Shown here: positions 50,701 to 63,297 of the stretch, one piece after another
Position numbering within the stretch: the stretch's first letter is position 1
Layout: each line of letters begins with the position of its first letter
Origin: Vicugna vicugna
Taxonomy: Eukaryota
NCBI GenBank assembly: GCA_013265495.1
Contig: MU058444.1
Span: 1,612,001-1,676,000 of the forward strand
DNA: 64,000 nucleotides
Reading direction: 5' to 3'
The notes under the pieces: generated by a model
What the model saw: only the letters and a program-made list of their open reading frames with translations
Databases searched by the model: none
What the model was told of the DNA's origin: nothing
Program-made: the position numbers and the translations under genes

Positions 50701-53700
50701 CGAGCAAAAATATTCAATACATTAATTGAAAATACCATGTCATCACTACTCTGATTTGCTGTCAATTTAGGACATTACTGCAACCATAAAATGTTAAATA
50801 TATTAGTTCACAGTGTATAAAATACTGGAACTATTACATAGAGATATTCTGGAAGTTCAGTTAAGTTCTATTCATTACCTTCATTTCCTGGAGGCTAATA
50901 ACATACATATTCGTAAATCATCAATTTTAAGCAAATATTTTAATGAACAAATAACTTGGTTGTGATGGCAGAGAAAGAGCATTCCATTTAAAAAGGAAGA
51001 ATCTTCTTTAAACCTCCCCCAAAACTGAATTCATATGTGATGGGCAATATTTTTCCTATTTACTCTTACATGAACAATTCACCAAAGCTTTCCCCAAGCA
51101 CTAGGTAAAATATCTGCTTTCTTAACTCACATAAATAAATGAAAAGTCCTATATGTTTTTACTTAAATTTTTTTTTCTTTCACATGATAGTATTTTCATA
51201 ATTTCTATTGTCACACTCGTATGTCCCTTCCACTCCCAAAACTTCCAAAAGTATTTGTTAACTAATTTACAATCTTCCTATACTATCTGTTCTGAATATA
51301 TTCTCCCTCATTGGTGTTTTTAAATTTGCAAGTTTTCTGAAAAATTAGAAGGGATATTTATTGAGTTTTACACTTGTTCCTGGCACTTGGGGTTTTATTT
51401 AATAAATAGAATACTTGTTTTCTGGTTTATCTACAGTAAGAGTTCTTAATCTTTACTTGGGTATTCAACTTTTTGAGAATCTGAAGATATCCAGACTCCT
51501 CTAGAAAAATGGACATAATCGTTTTTCTTAAAAATGGATGGAACTTGTGGACCCCCAAAATCTCATTGCTGAATCCCCCCTTGTTTTGTGAACTTCAGAA
51601 TAAGAACTCCTGATACATAGAAACAATATTTAAAACACCATAATAATGACATTAACATACAGGTATCCCCGGAGCTCCTTTTTTCCCTACTGGTCCTGGA
51701 GACCCAGTTTCTCCCTAAAAAATCAAATAAAGGTCAAGTTTAAAATCATAAATTATCAATTCATTTTAAGGAATTTCCTACGAAAGCACTGTGGAATGAA
51801 AACTCAATTCAAGACAGCCTAATTTGCCTGTCTTCCCTTCCTTGACTGTAGGAGACAGAAGCAATGCAAGGTAGAAAAGTCAGGAACTGGACATCTTAAC
51901 AACCCAGGCCCAGGGTCCGTGCAAGTACTAAGTCAGATATTTCCTGTAGGAAGTCAAGAGCAACACTGTCATTCTTTCGAAGGAAGACCTAGCAGTGCAC
52001 AGAGTTGATGAGGTGAGACAACAGAGGAAAACAAAAATCAAGTGAGAACTCTTCTTATTTATTATAATTTAAGAGCTCTGATATTAAACACAAATTCAGA
52101 AAAATTAGGGCACAGAATAATAGCATTTGGACATCAACTTCTGGGGCTGTGGCTGACCTCATGCTCCAAGGGAGTTTCTGAAACCAGAACAAAAACCCTG
52201 GAAAGAGCATCTTTGAGAGAGTGCTGGTCTTATGAGAAGTCGGCGACGTCTTCAAGGATCTCTTATTTTAATAAAATATGCTCAGTGTTAGGGCTGTGAA
52301 TGTGAGAATTTGGAACTGTGCAGAAACCTTGCCAAAGGTAGAGATGCAAGAAGCAAGAGGGCTGGAGGTGTCTGAGGGCACGTGCTCAGCATTTAGGAAA
52401 CTGAAACTTGAGGAAGAGGGGAAGAGGGCGGAAGTCTTTAATACGTCTAATGATGCAGGACTCTCACAGGGGGCTGAAGTGGTGCCCACGGCTCCCAGCA
52501 GGAGGTGCTCACACCCCAGTTAGGCTGACAGGACTCCCACCAATTAAGATAAAGCAATGAGCTCATTATCAACAATAAAGACAGGGGAGGCAGAAACCGT
52601 AAGACTGAGAGTCAGCAGGAATAACAATGAACCACAGATAGCGTGGCTGGAAACGGAATTGAGAACTACATATGAAATCTTTACAAATGAAAGAATGGGC
52701 TCATGAAGGAATATTAAGACTGAAAATTGGAACAAGTGACTATCAAGAATAAAAAGTTATGAAAACTTGAACTTCAAGAAGTAAGAAATATAATTGTTTT
52801 GATTTTTTTAAAAAACTCAATTGATGGTTTAAACAGTAAATTAGACACAGTCAAGAAAAGAATATATAGACTGGAAAATATATCCATAAAATTTAACCAG
52901 AATTTAAGACTCAAGGATATGAAAGATAAGCTATTTAGAGATGTAGTGGACAAAATGAAGAGGAATAAAATATGTCTGTCTAGAATTCCAGAAAGAGGGG
53001 ACAGCAGGGAATGAAGAGAGGTAACATGGAGATAACAGCCATGTCTTCCAGAGTTAAGGGAAATAATTCCAGAAAGCCAGGAAGCAAACCGAATTCCCAC
53101 CAGGATGAATAAGGAAACGCCCATATCTAGATACATCATGGTGCATTTTAAGAACACTAAAAACAAAATACCTTAAAAGTATCCCAAAGGAAGGGACAGA
53201 CTGCTAACAAAAGAAGAGTGATTCGAACGAGAGCAGATTTTTCATCATTTACCATGGAAGCTGGGAGATGACAGAAGAAAATTCTCAGTGTATTAAGAGG
53301 AAATAACTATCAACCTTGAGTTACACACCCTACAAAATTATCTTTCAAAAATAAAGAGTAAAGTAAAGATATTTGTAATTCAACAAAAACAAAGTTTATT
53401 ACCAAGATATCCATACCGAGAGAATTTCTAAAGATACAGTTCAGGAAAGAGACAGTTCAGTTATCCCAAAAGGATGGTCTAGAAGCACAAGACAGAAAAG
53501 TAACCAGTCAAATAAAAAGCGTATACATAAACCCAAATTAATATTATCTGTATAAAAAAAAAACAAAATCTACCTGTAAGGGCAAAATAATAGCTTCTGA
53601 AATTATTTCATATTTGAACCTTTAACTGTTGTCATAAATGTGGTAAAAATGGATTCTGTCTGCAGAGGCGCCACCACTTTGCCCTTTTAATAAGCAGATC

Positions 53701-53781
53701 CCAGGCCGACATCTTTCAATTTTCATTAATACTCACCTTTTGTCCCATTAATCCTTGGTTTCCAGGAAATCCTGGAATGCC
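35547..53781 (-). CDS. COL21A1: Collagen alpha-1(XXI), 3' 13 coding exons (about human exons 18-30), 5'-partial
   Basis: Exon sizes 45, 54, 54, 54, 72, 36, 45, 33, 147, 55, 201, 78, 188 sum to 1062 nt in one open frame. Gly-X-Y repeats, NC2 [35 protein letters not shown]-x4-C motif (CDPSLC), C-terminus DPFRKGPNY*. Confidence 0.97.
36906..36983 (-). CDS. COL21A1: COL21A1 exon (78 nt)
   Basis: tttgcag|..[26 protein letters not shown]..|gtgag. Confidence 0.96.
37776..37976 (-). CDS. COL21A1: COL21A1 exon (201 nt)
   Basis: taag|..[32 protein letters not shown]...GARGLK..|gtact. Confidence 0.96.
38474..38528 (-). CDS. COL21A1: COL21A1 exon (55 nt, NC2)
   Basis: gcag|[18 protein letters not shown]..|gtaag. 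Confidence 0.96.
38616..38762 (-). CDS. COL21A1: COL21A1 exon (147 nt)
   Basis: ttctag|[29 protein letters not shown]...GLDGKP|gtatg. Confidence 0.96.
39190..39400. repeat. AT-rich low-complexity (TA-rich) tract
   Basis: Degenerate tata/aatat repeats with almost no G/C. Confidence 0.85.
39533..39565 (-). CDS. COL21A1: COL21A1 exon (33 nt)
   Basis: caaag|[11 protein letters not shown]|gtatg. Confidence 0.94.
41536..41580 (-). CDS. COL21A1: COL21A1 exon (45 nt)
   Basis: taaag|[15 protein letters not shown]|gtatg. Confidence 0.95.
43552..43587 (-). CDS. COL21A1: COL21A1 exon (36 nt)
   Basis: tgcag|[12 protein letters not shown]|gtatg. Confidence 0.95.
45271..45342 (-). CDS. COL21A1: COL21A1 exon (72 nt)
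   Basis: cccag|[24 protein letters not shown]|gtatg. Confidence 0.95.
46999..47052 (-). CDS. COL21A1: COL21A1 exon (54 nt)
   Basis: gacag|[18 protein letters not shown]|gtaat. Confidence 0.95.
48210..48350. mobile_element. MER58A-like DNA transposon relic
   Basis: ggctgcttttgca...gagttgagtagttgcaacagaaac..tatggccc...tatctggctctttgcagaaaaagtttg. Confidence 0.75.
48407..48671 (+). mobile_element. 5'-truncated lineage-specific L1 3' end
   Basis: aattgggagttcaagatttgcaga...acagcacagggaac...gtaactgactatacttcaat. Imperfect TSD aaaaggttgcatttaa / aaaagattacatttaa. Confidence 0.85.
50059..50112 (-). CDS. COL21A1: COL21A1 exon (54 nt)
   Basis: tgcag|[18 protein letters not shown]|gtaaa. Confidence 0.95.
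51661..51714 (-). CDS. COL21A1: COL21A1 exon (54 nt)
   Basis: tttag|[18 protein letters not shown]|gtatg. Confidence 0.95.
52560..53565 (+). mobile_element. L1 ORF1-like relic ending in an A-tract without ORF2 (HAL1-like)
   Basis: ORF 52799-53014 [22 protein letters not shown]...[12 protein letters not shown] resembles the ORF1 coiled coil/RRM start. A-run at 53553. Confidence 0.65.
53737..53781 (-). CDS. COL21A1: COL21A1 exon (45 nt), most 5' exon in the window
   Basis: ttttag|[15 protein letters not shown]|gtgag. Confidence 0.95.
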
Positions 53782-54334
53782 CTAAAAAGAAAGAAAGATT
53801 TTTAATAAAAGCACATTTTAGACTGCATCATTAAGGAAGTATAAGTCACAAGTGGATTTTTAACTTGCAAATAATGCAAATCATCAAACATACCACCTGT
53901 TTACAGCATAAAACTGCACTTATAACAATCAAATTTTGAAAAAGACAAAATTTAGGAGATTCAGTATGGTATGAACACTTACTGATGTTTAAAGTTTTAA
54001 GTACAGGCTTTAAAAACAGAGAAGCTATGACGATATTAACCTTGTTTCTTCTTTCAGACCAACACAAATGACAATATAAGACAGGTACTTCATTCGAACA
54101 CATTCCTATATTACTTACAATGATTGATGCAAAAAAGACTGTCATAGGAGTTCAGATTCAGTATGGCAGTTCCAAAGGCCCTCACAGTCTCACAAGCATA
54201 ATTAAAAACTAAAGAAAGCAAATAATTTCCTCCAAATTGAACCTTGAGGCACCCAGGAAACTATGTAAGATAAGGTAATCTTTCTCCACATGATTTCCGT
54301 GCTGATAAAATTGTGGCGACTATGCAGGCCAGTT

Positions 54335-54427
54335 AAAGAAGAAAGGAAGAAAGAAAGAAAAAGAAAGAAAAGGTGGGGAGGAAGGAAGGAAAGAAAGAGA
54401 AAGAAAAAGAAAGAGGGAGGGAGAGAG
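54335..54427. repeat. Purine-rich (GAAA/GGAA)n simple repeat
   Basis: aaagaagaaaggaagaaagaaagaaa...gagggagggagag. Confidence 0.85.
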
Positions 54428-57121
54428 TTCGTTCATGTGGCTCAACCCAGATGCATAAGTTCTCTAGCAAAATTCAGGAAAAAAGACTGTTAATTGTCTA
54501 AATTTGAGAATAAAGTGAGTCCTTTTATTAATGGGAAAGCAGTTTTATTCACTGCATTTACCAAAATGACCATTTATCACCCAAAAGAGTGATGGTACTA
54601 ATCAATTTTTATTTCTTCTTCATTTTTTTCTTAGCTTCCTTCTTGATGACACTTCTGAATCCAATCCTTGCATCAGCTGAAATGATGAACACGTGTGTAT
54701 ACATGTGTATATACACACTGGCTCTCACAGAAACGGGAATTTGAAAGACAAGGAAATTGGGGCTCATCAGTATTTCTGTGAAAGCCTTCCACATCATCAG
54801 GGTATTCAAGAATAACGGCGCTCCTGAGAAAATTGGTACAGACGCCACCATCAAAGAGATGAAGTGTCTTCTACAACAGGAAAGACCTGCCATTATTTTC
54901 ATTTTCTCAGCTCAACTCTTACAATACTGGTCCATGTGTTGGCCACAGTTACGGTGCAAGATAGAGCACAGAGTTCTAGGTTTAAGATCGAAACTTGAGT
55001 CATAAATTGGAATTCAATTTGATTCTATTCGACTCAATTCATTTCGCCACGGCACTGCACCTTCTGCAGAGAACAAAAGTTGTCCGAGAGCGGCGACTAG
55101 CAACAAGGGGCAAGCATCCTGGTTGAAAACGCAAGCCTTTGTGAACATCCCCACTAGAGAGTAACATGAAACAATATAAACTTTTCAAGTAACATTATAA
55201 AGCAAGAGCACAGTGTGTACCCTACCAGCACTCTAAACTCAAAGCAAAAGTAAATAACTGAATCATGCATATGAGGAAATAGTGATGTGAATTGCAGCCT
55301 TCTAAGGCAGAAAATGAACACTCTCAATGCAATCAATGAAAGTCAATATTGGTCAAAATAAAGGCGTTCATTTCAATAGACCATGATTTGGCATGAAACC
55401 ACCTATAACCATCTCCTATTCAAATACACGCTCACACAAACTCGCCATAATGATTACGTTTTGAATTTAAAGAAAACCTGTCTGTAAAATCTTATCAGGT
55501 GCAAGGTGGCCACACATGTTTCTGCACTGAAACTGACTGCAGCTGTGTTGCTGTTGTGTCCCTTGGCCCCAAGGATCCTAAAGAGATCATGCAATTGCCC
55601 CGATAGTGTCAGACCTGAAGCTGAATTTCACACCGTGCAGAGAGCAACTGGTTACTCTTGTTTCTGAAGCCAGTCCCAGTGTCGGCCAGGCTACCCTCTC
55701 ACTCTGGGAAAAACAAAATTATGCCCAAACATCCCTGAGCAGTGCCCTGGCCTCCATACCCCAAGGAGGCCTTAAGACCCCCCACCTCCCAGTTCTGCTC
55801 CCTGGATTTGACTGAACACCTTTTTCCTGAATAATTCTAATTCTGAGCAGGGTCCACATCAGGATAGAGCCAAAAATCTTACAATATTTCAACATATCAG
55901 ATATTGAGGGTATTTAGGGGAGATTTCAGATTAGGAAAAAATAGATTCCTTTTCCTGATGCCTGTCTTCATAAGTTCCTAAAGCATTAATACATGTCGCA
56001 GATACGAAAAGACGTCATCGTACCTTCTATGTCCCAGTATTACCAAGAATTATTAAATACTTTATAAATACCAAGCAAAAACACATAAAACTACATCCTA
56101 TGAAAAAACAAAATGTAAAACTGATTTATAAAAGCAATTCTTGGCAAAACTGATAAATACCAAGAGCATGCAAGGAATAAAAGGCTATTGAGAAAGAGGC
56201 TCCCCAGAAGACCTGAAATCACTCAGAGCTGTATTAGTTAATACAATTCCCCTTGACAATATTTTCCTGGGCTCCTCATACATTTATTGAAATTGACTAA
56301 ACTTTGCCAATTTTTCATTAGTAGAAATATTATTCAAAACCATTTGAAAGTCACCAGTTTCTTGATCCAAAAGTATTTAGTAACAATTACTTCATAGGGT
56401 AAATGTTTTTCCAAGCAAACTATTTTCTATTTCATTGTCAGCCTGTGTGGTTTTGGGTTCAGGCAACTGTGAACGTGTATAAGTAAAGACAGAAACAAGT
56501 ATTTTATCTGGTAGGAATAAAGGGGCATATTTCCTCCAGTTCTGTGATTTCAGTTTGGGCCTGAAGAAGAGCAGAAAGTCAAGTGGAAAATCCTGTGTAA
56601 TGTTGTGGCGAAAGAATGCTGACATGAAAAAAATGTTCTAGAAGCTTCTTTGTAACCATTAAACCATTGCTGTATAACAAAAAAGTCACTAAAAATAGAA
56701 ATGCATAATTTAGAAGAAAGGGTTTGGCCCCTATTTCCCAGAGGCCACTTTATAATGAAGGAAATGTATCCATAATACGTTACTTGGAAAAGACAGGTAT
56801 CACTTTATACTTTTCCACATGCAATGGATGCATTTATTTTACTCCTGAAATTAGAGCATCTTGGATCAAATCAGCTTTTAATAAATGCAATAATTTCAAT
56901 GTACTAAAAACTAATTAATTAATAGTGTTTTTAAATCAAAATTTTCAACCTTTCTATATAGTTATGGATTTAATATCACAGTTATCAAAATATTAGAAGT
57001 ATATTATGTTTTATTCTATTACATCAGGAATTGATTTGTTCATTCCTAAAGATGCAATCAATAAAAACACATATATTGAAAGTAGCATTCTTATTAGCTA
57101 CAAAGATTACAATGATTATTA

Positions 57122-57371
57122 TTTTTTATAGAAAGCATTTTAGTTTAGTTTATTTTTATTGAAGTACAGTCAGTTATGACGTGTCAATTTCTGGTGTACA
57201 TCATTATGTCCCAGTCATGCATATACATACATATATTCATTTTCATATTCTTTTTCATTAAAGGTTATCATAAGGTACTGAATATAGTTCCCTGTGCTAT
57301 ACAGAAGAAATTTGGCTTCTTAAATGTATTTTTATTTATAGTGGCTAACATTTCCAAATCTCAAACTCCCA
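57122..57371 (-). mobile_element. 5'-truncated lineage-specific L1 3' end
   Basis: ttttattgaagtacagtcagtta...ccctgtgctatacag. TSD aatgattatta at 57111-57121 and 57372-57382. Confidence 0.88.
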
Positions 57372-57852
57372 AATGATTATTAATAAAGAGCATAGTAGAA
57401 GCAGTTAAAAGTTTAGACACCAGAGCCAGCTAGCCATTGTCTAGTGCTGATGGACAGCAGGCCACTTACTTAATTTGGAATCTCAGTGTCCTGATTTTAT
57501 ACATGGGGGAGGATAACAGAAGTTAGCTCATGGGGTTGGTACATTATATCATTAGCTCTCTCAAGGGCTTAGCTCAGCACTGGGACTAAAATGAACAAAT
57601 TTTTATGACTTTTCACAGCTCCTTCCTGACCTTTGAAAGTTCCAAAATAGATGGAATCAGTTATCTCCATGTCTCAAAATTTGTCCTCCTCCTCCTTATC
57701 CATTTTGAGGAGTTTTCTCTTTTTTTTTTTTCTTTTCTTTTTCTTTTTTCTTCCTTTTTTTTTTTTTTTTTCTCCTTTCCACCTTGCCTTTGTCTACCCT
57801 CACTCCCCAGTTTAATGTTGTATACAAGGTGACTCTGGCAATCTAAGGCTTC

Positions 57853-57866
57853 CCACTAGGGGGCGC
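57853..57866 (+). promoter_or_regulatory. Candidate CTCF site
   Basis: CCACTAGGGGGCGC, exact match to the core consensus. Confidence 0.65.
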
Positions 57867-57945
57867 AAAGAGTTTGCATTGCCCCTCATTCATTACCTTT
57901 GCCTTTCCATGTTTGGCTGACTTAGATTATAGAAAAATACTACAG

Positions 57946-60580
57946 CGGGGTTCCGGATAAAAATGGAAGAGTAAAAAGATCCTGAGCTCACCTCCTCCCA
58001 CAGACACACCAAAACCACAACGGCACACAGAACACGTATCCCTGAGGACGACCTGAGGACTAGCAGCACAGACTTTCTACAACCAAGGTACATGAAGAAA
58101 GACCACACATCAGCATGGGTAGAAACTAGAAGAAGAACAAAGAAAGCCAAAAATTACTAGAAGGAAGGAAATAATAAAGATCAGAGCAGAAATAAATGAA
58201 ACAGAGACTGAAAAAACAATAGCAAAGATCAATGAAACTAAGAGCTGGTTCTTTGAAAAGATAAACAAAATTGATTAAACCTTTAGCCAGACTTATCAAG
58301 AAAAAGAGAGAAAGAACCCCCAACAATCAGAAATTAAAAAAGTTATAACTGATACCACAGAAATACAAAGGAACATAAGAGATTACTGCAAACACTTACA
58401 TGCTAGAAAAAAATTGGACAACCTAGAAAAAATGGATAAAAACATACAATCTTCAAGATTGAAGCAGAAAGAAATAGAACCTATGAAGAGACCAATCACT
58501 AGCAATGATGTTGAAGCAGTCATCAACAAAAACCCCAACAAACAAAAGTTCAGGACAAGAAGTCTTCACAGGTAAATTCTACCAAACTGCTTAAAGAACA
58601 GTTAATACCTACCCTTCTGAAACTATCTCCCCCAAAATTGAAGAAGAAGTAACACTTCCAAACTCATTTTAGGAGGACAACATTATCCTGATACCAAAAC
58701 CAGATAAAGACACTTAGAAAAAGAAAATTAAAAAGAAAAGAAATTGAAGATGACACAAATAAATGGAAAGACAGATCAATGATGATCAGTATGTATCATT
58801 CTTAATAGAAAGAATCAATATTGTTCAAATGTCTGTGCTATCCAAAGAAATCTACAGATTCAAGGCAATCTCTCATAAAATACCAATGGCATTTTTCACA
58901 GAACTGGACCAAATAGTCCTAAAACTTGTATGGAATCACGAAAGAGCCCAAATAGCCAATGTAATCTTAAGAAAGAAGAACAGAGCTGGAAGCGTCATGC
59001 TCTGATTTCAAACTAAACTAGAAAGCTACGATAAACAAAGCAGTGTGGTACTAGCATACAGACCCACAGAGCAATGGAACAGAACAGAGAGCCAAGAAAT
59101 AAACCCACACAGTCAAGGTCAATTAATTTACAACAAGGGAAGGAGCCAAGAATATAGTGGGGGAAAAAAACAGCCTCTTCAATAACTGATGTTGGGATCA
59201 ATGGACAGCTTCATGCAAAATAATCAAACTGGACCACTTTCTTACATCATAAACTCAAATGGATTAAAGACTTAAATGTAAGACCTGAAGCCATAAAACT
59301 CCTAGAAGAAAACAAAGGACGTAAGCTCCCTGACATCGGTATTGGCAATACTTTCTTGGATCTGTCCCCTCAAGCAAGGATAACAAAAGCAAAAATAAAC
59401 AAGTGAGACTATACCAAACTAAAAAGCTCTTGGCACAGAAGGAAGCCATCAAAAAGTGAAAAGGTGACCTACTGAATGGGAGATGTTTGCAAATGATATA
59501 TCTGATAAGGGGTTAATATCCAAAATATACAAAGAACTCTGACAACTCAACATCAAAAATCCAAATAATCCAACTTAATAATGGGAATAGGATCTGAATA
59601 AACATTCTACCAACGAAGACATGCAGATGGCCAACAGACGCATGAAAAGATGCTCAACATTGTTAATCATCAGGAAAATGCAAACCAAAACCACGATATC
59701 ACCTCACACCAGTCTGGCTATTACCAAAAAGACAAAAAAATAAAAATTTGCTGAGGATGTGGAGAAAAGGGAACCCTTGTACACTGTTGGTGGGAATGTA
59801 AATTGGTACAGCCACTATGGAAAATGGTATAGAGGTTCCTCAAAAATTAAAAATAGAGTTCCCATAGGATCCAGCAATCCCACTTCTGGATATTTATTCA
59901 AAGAAAACAAAAACACTAATTTGGAAAGATATATGCACCCCTATGTTCACTGCAGCGTTATGTGCAATGGCCAAGATGTGGAAGCATCCTAAGTGCCCAA
60001 CAATAGATGTGAATGAATAAGGAAGATATGATATATGTGTTCAGTGGAATACTACTCAGCTACAAAAAAGAATGGAATCTTGCCATTGGCAACAACATGG
60101 ATGGACCTGGAGAGTATTTTGCTAAAATGAAATAAGTCAGACAGAGAAAGATAAATATATGAGTTCACTTACATGCAGAATCTTAAAAACAAAGCAAGTG
60201 AACAAATTAAGAAAACCAAAGAATACTCATAGGTTTAGAGAACAAAGTGGTGGTCACCAGAGGGGAGGGTGGGGTGTGAGGCAAAAGTAGGCAAAGGGAA
60301 TTAAGAGGCCCAAACTCTGAGTTATAAAATAAATAAGCCACTTGTACAGAAAAGGGAATATAGTCAGTAACACTGCAATAACTTGCTATGGGCAGATGGT
60401 TCCTAGACTTACTGTGGTTATCAATTCATACTGTACATAAATGTCTAATCACTATATTGAACACCTGAAACTAATGTACCATTGTACATTACTAACATCA
60501 TGTTATACATTACTAATGTAATATTATATTACTAATGTAACACTGTATTAGATGTTAACTACACTTCAATATAAAAAAGG
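57946..60580 (+). mobile_element. L1 retaining both 5' and 3' ends but with two large internal deletions
   Basis: 5' UTR start (AAAATGGAAGAGTAAAAAGATCCTGAGCTCACCTCCTCCCAC) joins ORF2 at ~58122. Second jump at ~58735. ORF2 C-terminal part (ORFs 58763-59005, 59759-59992), 3' UTR and A-tail at ~60575. Confidence 0.88.
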
Positions 60581-60856
60581 GAAAAAATGCAATCAGGACT
60601 CTTGCTTTTTAAACAATTTAAGTATACTTCATTGCTATTTTTTTCAGAAAGAAATATGGCTAAAAGCTTCTAATATATTTGCAGTTGAATTCCACAATGG
60701 TTTTCAGTTTTTTTAAATTCCACATTAAGTGGCAGATCATTATGAATGATGTACAAAAGATCATTCTGGGATAAGATAACTCTAAAGAGAAATAACTCAC
60801 AATTGTAGCGGCCAGAGCCAAAAGAAACCAATATACAATTACTTGCAATAACCCTT

Positions 60857-60915
60857 TTTTAAAAATTTTTTTATTGAGTCATAGTCATTTTACAATGTTG
60901 TGTCAAATTCCAGTG
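60857..60915 (-). mobile_element. Very short (~60 nt) L1 3' terminal insertion
   Basis: ttttttattgag...tacaatgttgtgtcaaattccagtg. TSD ttgcaat(a/g)accctt at 60843-60856 and 60916-60929. Confidence 0.75.
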
Positions 60916-63142
60916 TTGCAATGACCCTTAATAAGGAAATTACCAGGTTTACTCCTCCCTTTTTAATACAGTTTTACCACTGTCCTTCATCTTAAAGGGG
61001 AAAAAAGTATTCTAAGTGACATTGGATGAATTTATTCTCTCTAGCCTCAGATGGCACTGGACCCAAAGTACCCAAAGATAAATAATTTCAATAGAAAATG
61101 CTTTGATAAATATTTTTGATCGACTCATGTGTATATACAACAAATTGCTACCAGTTTGACATCATAAGTTACAGAATGAGACCAGGAATATCTTAAGAAA
61201 AAGAGCTGCCTGGGGGGGTCCATGTCAAGTTGCTTTATCTTCCTTACATTTCTCTTTTGCACCTAAAGTCATGTCTACACTTTTTAAAAGTCAAGAAGAT
61301 ATTCTAAACAATTTTGCTGTTGTAGAAGTATTTTTTTCAGGACAAAAAAAAAAAGATAAAGTTTTAGCAAATTTTAAAATAATACACCAGAGGATGCAGG
61401 GAAGAAAACTGAGACCCAGAGACAGAATCTGCATTGCCATGTCATGGGAAAGCCACATAACTGTCCTGAACCCCAAAATCCAGAGAAATAAACTGCCCCT
61501 CTCTATCAGTGAGCCCACGGAGATCTTGCACATGAAACGCTTTAATGAGTAAAAGGAACAGACGCGTACAGACGTGTGCAACACTGAGAACCAATTCACA
61601 CTTGAAAGGATAAGTTCCAGACTAATACCAGAGTTGTTTTAATTGAGCCCTGAGCCTCTGAAAACCGAAAAAGTGCAGAATGTACTTTTGGGTCATGGAA
61701 TGTCACTGTGTAACTCCAAACAAACTGTGGTGAATTTCTCGTTAAGGAGAAAACTGAAAATGGATTTTTCAAAGGCTTCTCTAGCTGACTCAGCTGCTAA
61801 GTCGACGTGATACGCCCCTTTCCAGAGAAATCTGAAAATTGTATTAATATTTTTTTGCACTTTCCTATATGACAGAAGCCACCAAACAAAGGTATTTTAA
61901 GACACCAAATCAAAGGTGAAGTTAGTTTGATGAAGACAACAAACAGATGAATTTTTAACCTTACTTAATTCATATGGTAAAAAGGAAATAACCAATTATT
62001 TGGAAATTGTATCTAATTTGCTGTCTTCTGTGTGTCTTATTTCTTGCCTCTTTAAAAGCAGTTAAATAAATAAGAATGTATATTAAATAAAATGAATAAT
62101 GGATAAAAATAATACATGGAACTCTATAACAAAATATAATTAAAATGTACAAATAATAATAGTTCACCCATGAAGTTTTTATAGTTCAAAAAATTCTCAG
62201 AAAAAAAGAATTCTAAGATTTTTTTCCCTCACGTTGAAGTCATCCCAGAAACTACTGTTTAAACATCAGTCTTTCAACATAAGAAAGTGTGTTTAATGGT
62301 TGTGGCTATTGTTTGCTTAAAAATGAGAAATTCTAACATGGGAGAAGTACGCTACAAACTGGAACATCACTGCTGAAAGGCTCTTAACATGACTCACACC
62401 GTGACCCCAGAGAGGGACAGGTGTGCCTGGCTCTCACACCTTGGGGAGTTATTTCCGCGGACAATTTCCCACACATTGCTAAGGAGACACTGCCAGACAA
62501 AAGGCAGCAGTGTTTCTTAGGGAAGGATAACACTGTTTAAGGAGCAATTTCTTTGACAAAACGCCTAGGAAGTCTGCATTTGACAAGATGAGCCCCACTA
62601 GGGAGCATGTCCCCGTTTTTCCTACCATAACGGAAATCAGCTTTTCCAAAACCAACACGGTAATGCACCAGACCTAAAGATCATTTTCCCTTTAAATACT
62701 ATACCCGTCTGCAAAGTAAATTTCCAGGAGAACGAACAGCCTCACACTTTCATGCAAAATTGAAGATAAAACAAATGTAAAGGACCAAATTTCTATCTTT
62801 GTGAGGTTTTTCTCTACCTTCATGTAAACACATTTTAGTCTTGGTCAATTGCATATAGATAGACTTGAGATTTCGACAAAAGTTCATTAAGTATTTTAAA
62901 TATGCCAAGAGAAGTGAACCTATTTGCAAATACAACTTCGTATTAGCATTTATGGCGATAGTAAAGGGTATTTAGCCAGAGAAAAACATTAAAGCGCACA
63001 CAACCCAAAAGGATGATATGATGTCACACTTCCATTTTCCCTAACCAACGTCACAAAAACTCATTCGTTCTCCTGGAGTAGGGAGCTTTTGTCTCTACGA
63101 CCTTTGTGTCCTCTTTTTTGATCTTCCTGGATCACAGTCTCT

Positions 63143-63297
63143 TTGTTGGGTTTTTTTGGGGGGGGGGTTGGTTAATTAAGTCTATTTATATTATTATTTT
63201 TAATTTTATTTATTTTTTTAATGGAGGCACTGGGGACTGAACCCAGGACCTCATGTATGCTAAGCATGTGCTCTATCACTGAGCTACACCCTCCCCC
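63143..63297 (-). mobile_element. tRNA-derived SINE (Vic-1-like)
   Basis: ggaggcactggggactgaacccaggacctc...ctctatcactgagctac. TSD ctggatca(ca)gtctct. Confidence 0.9.
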
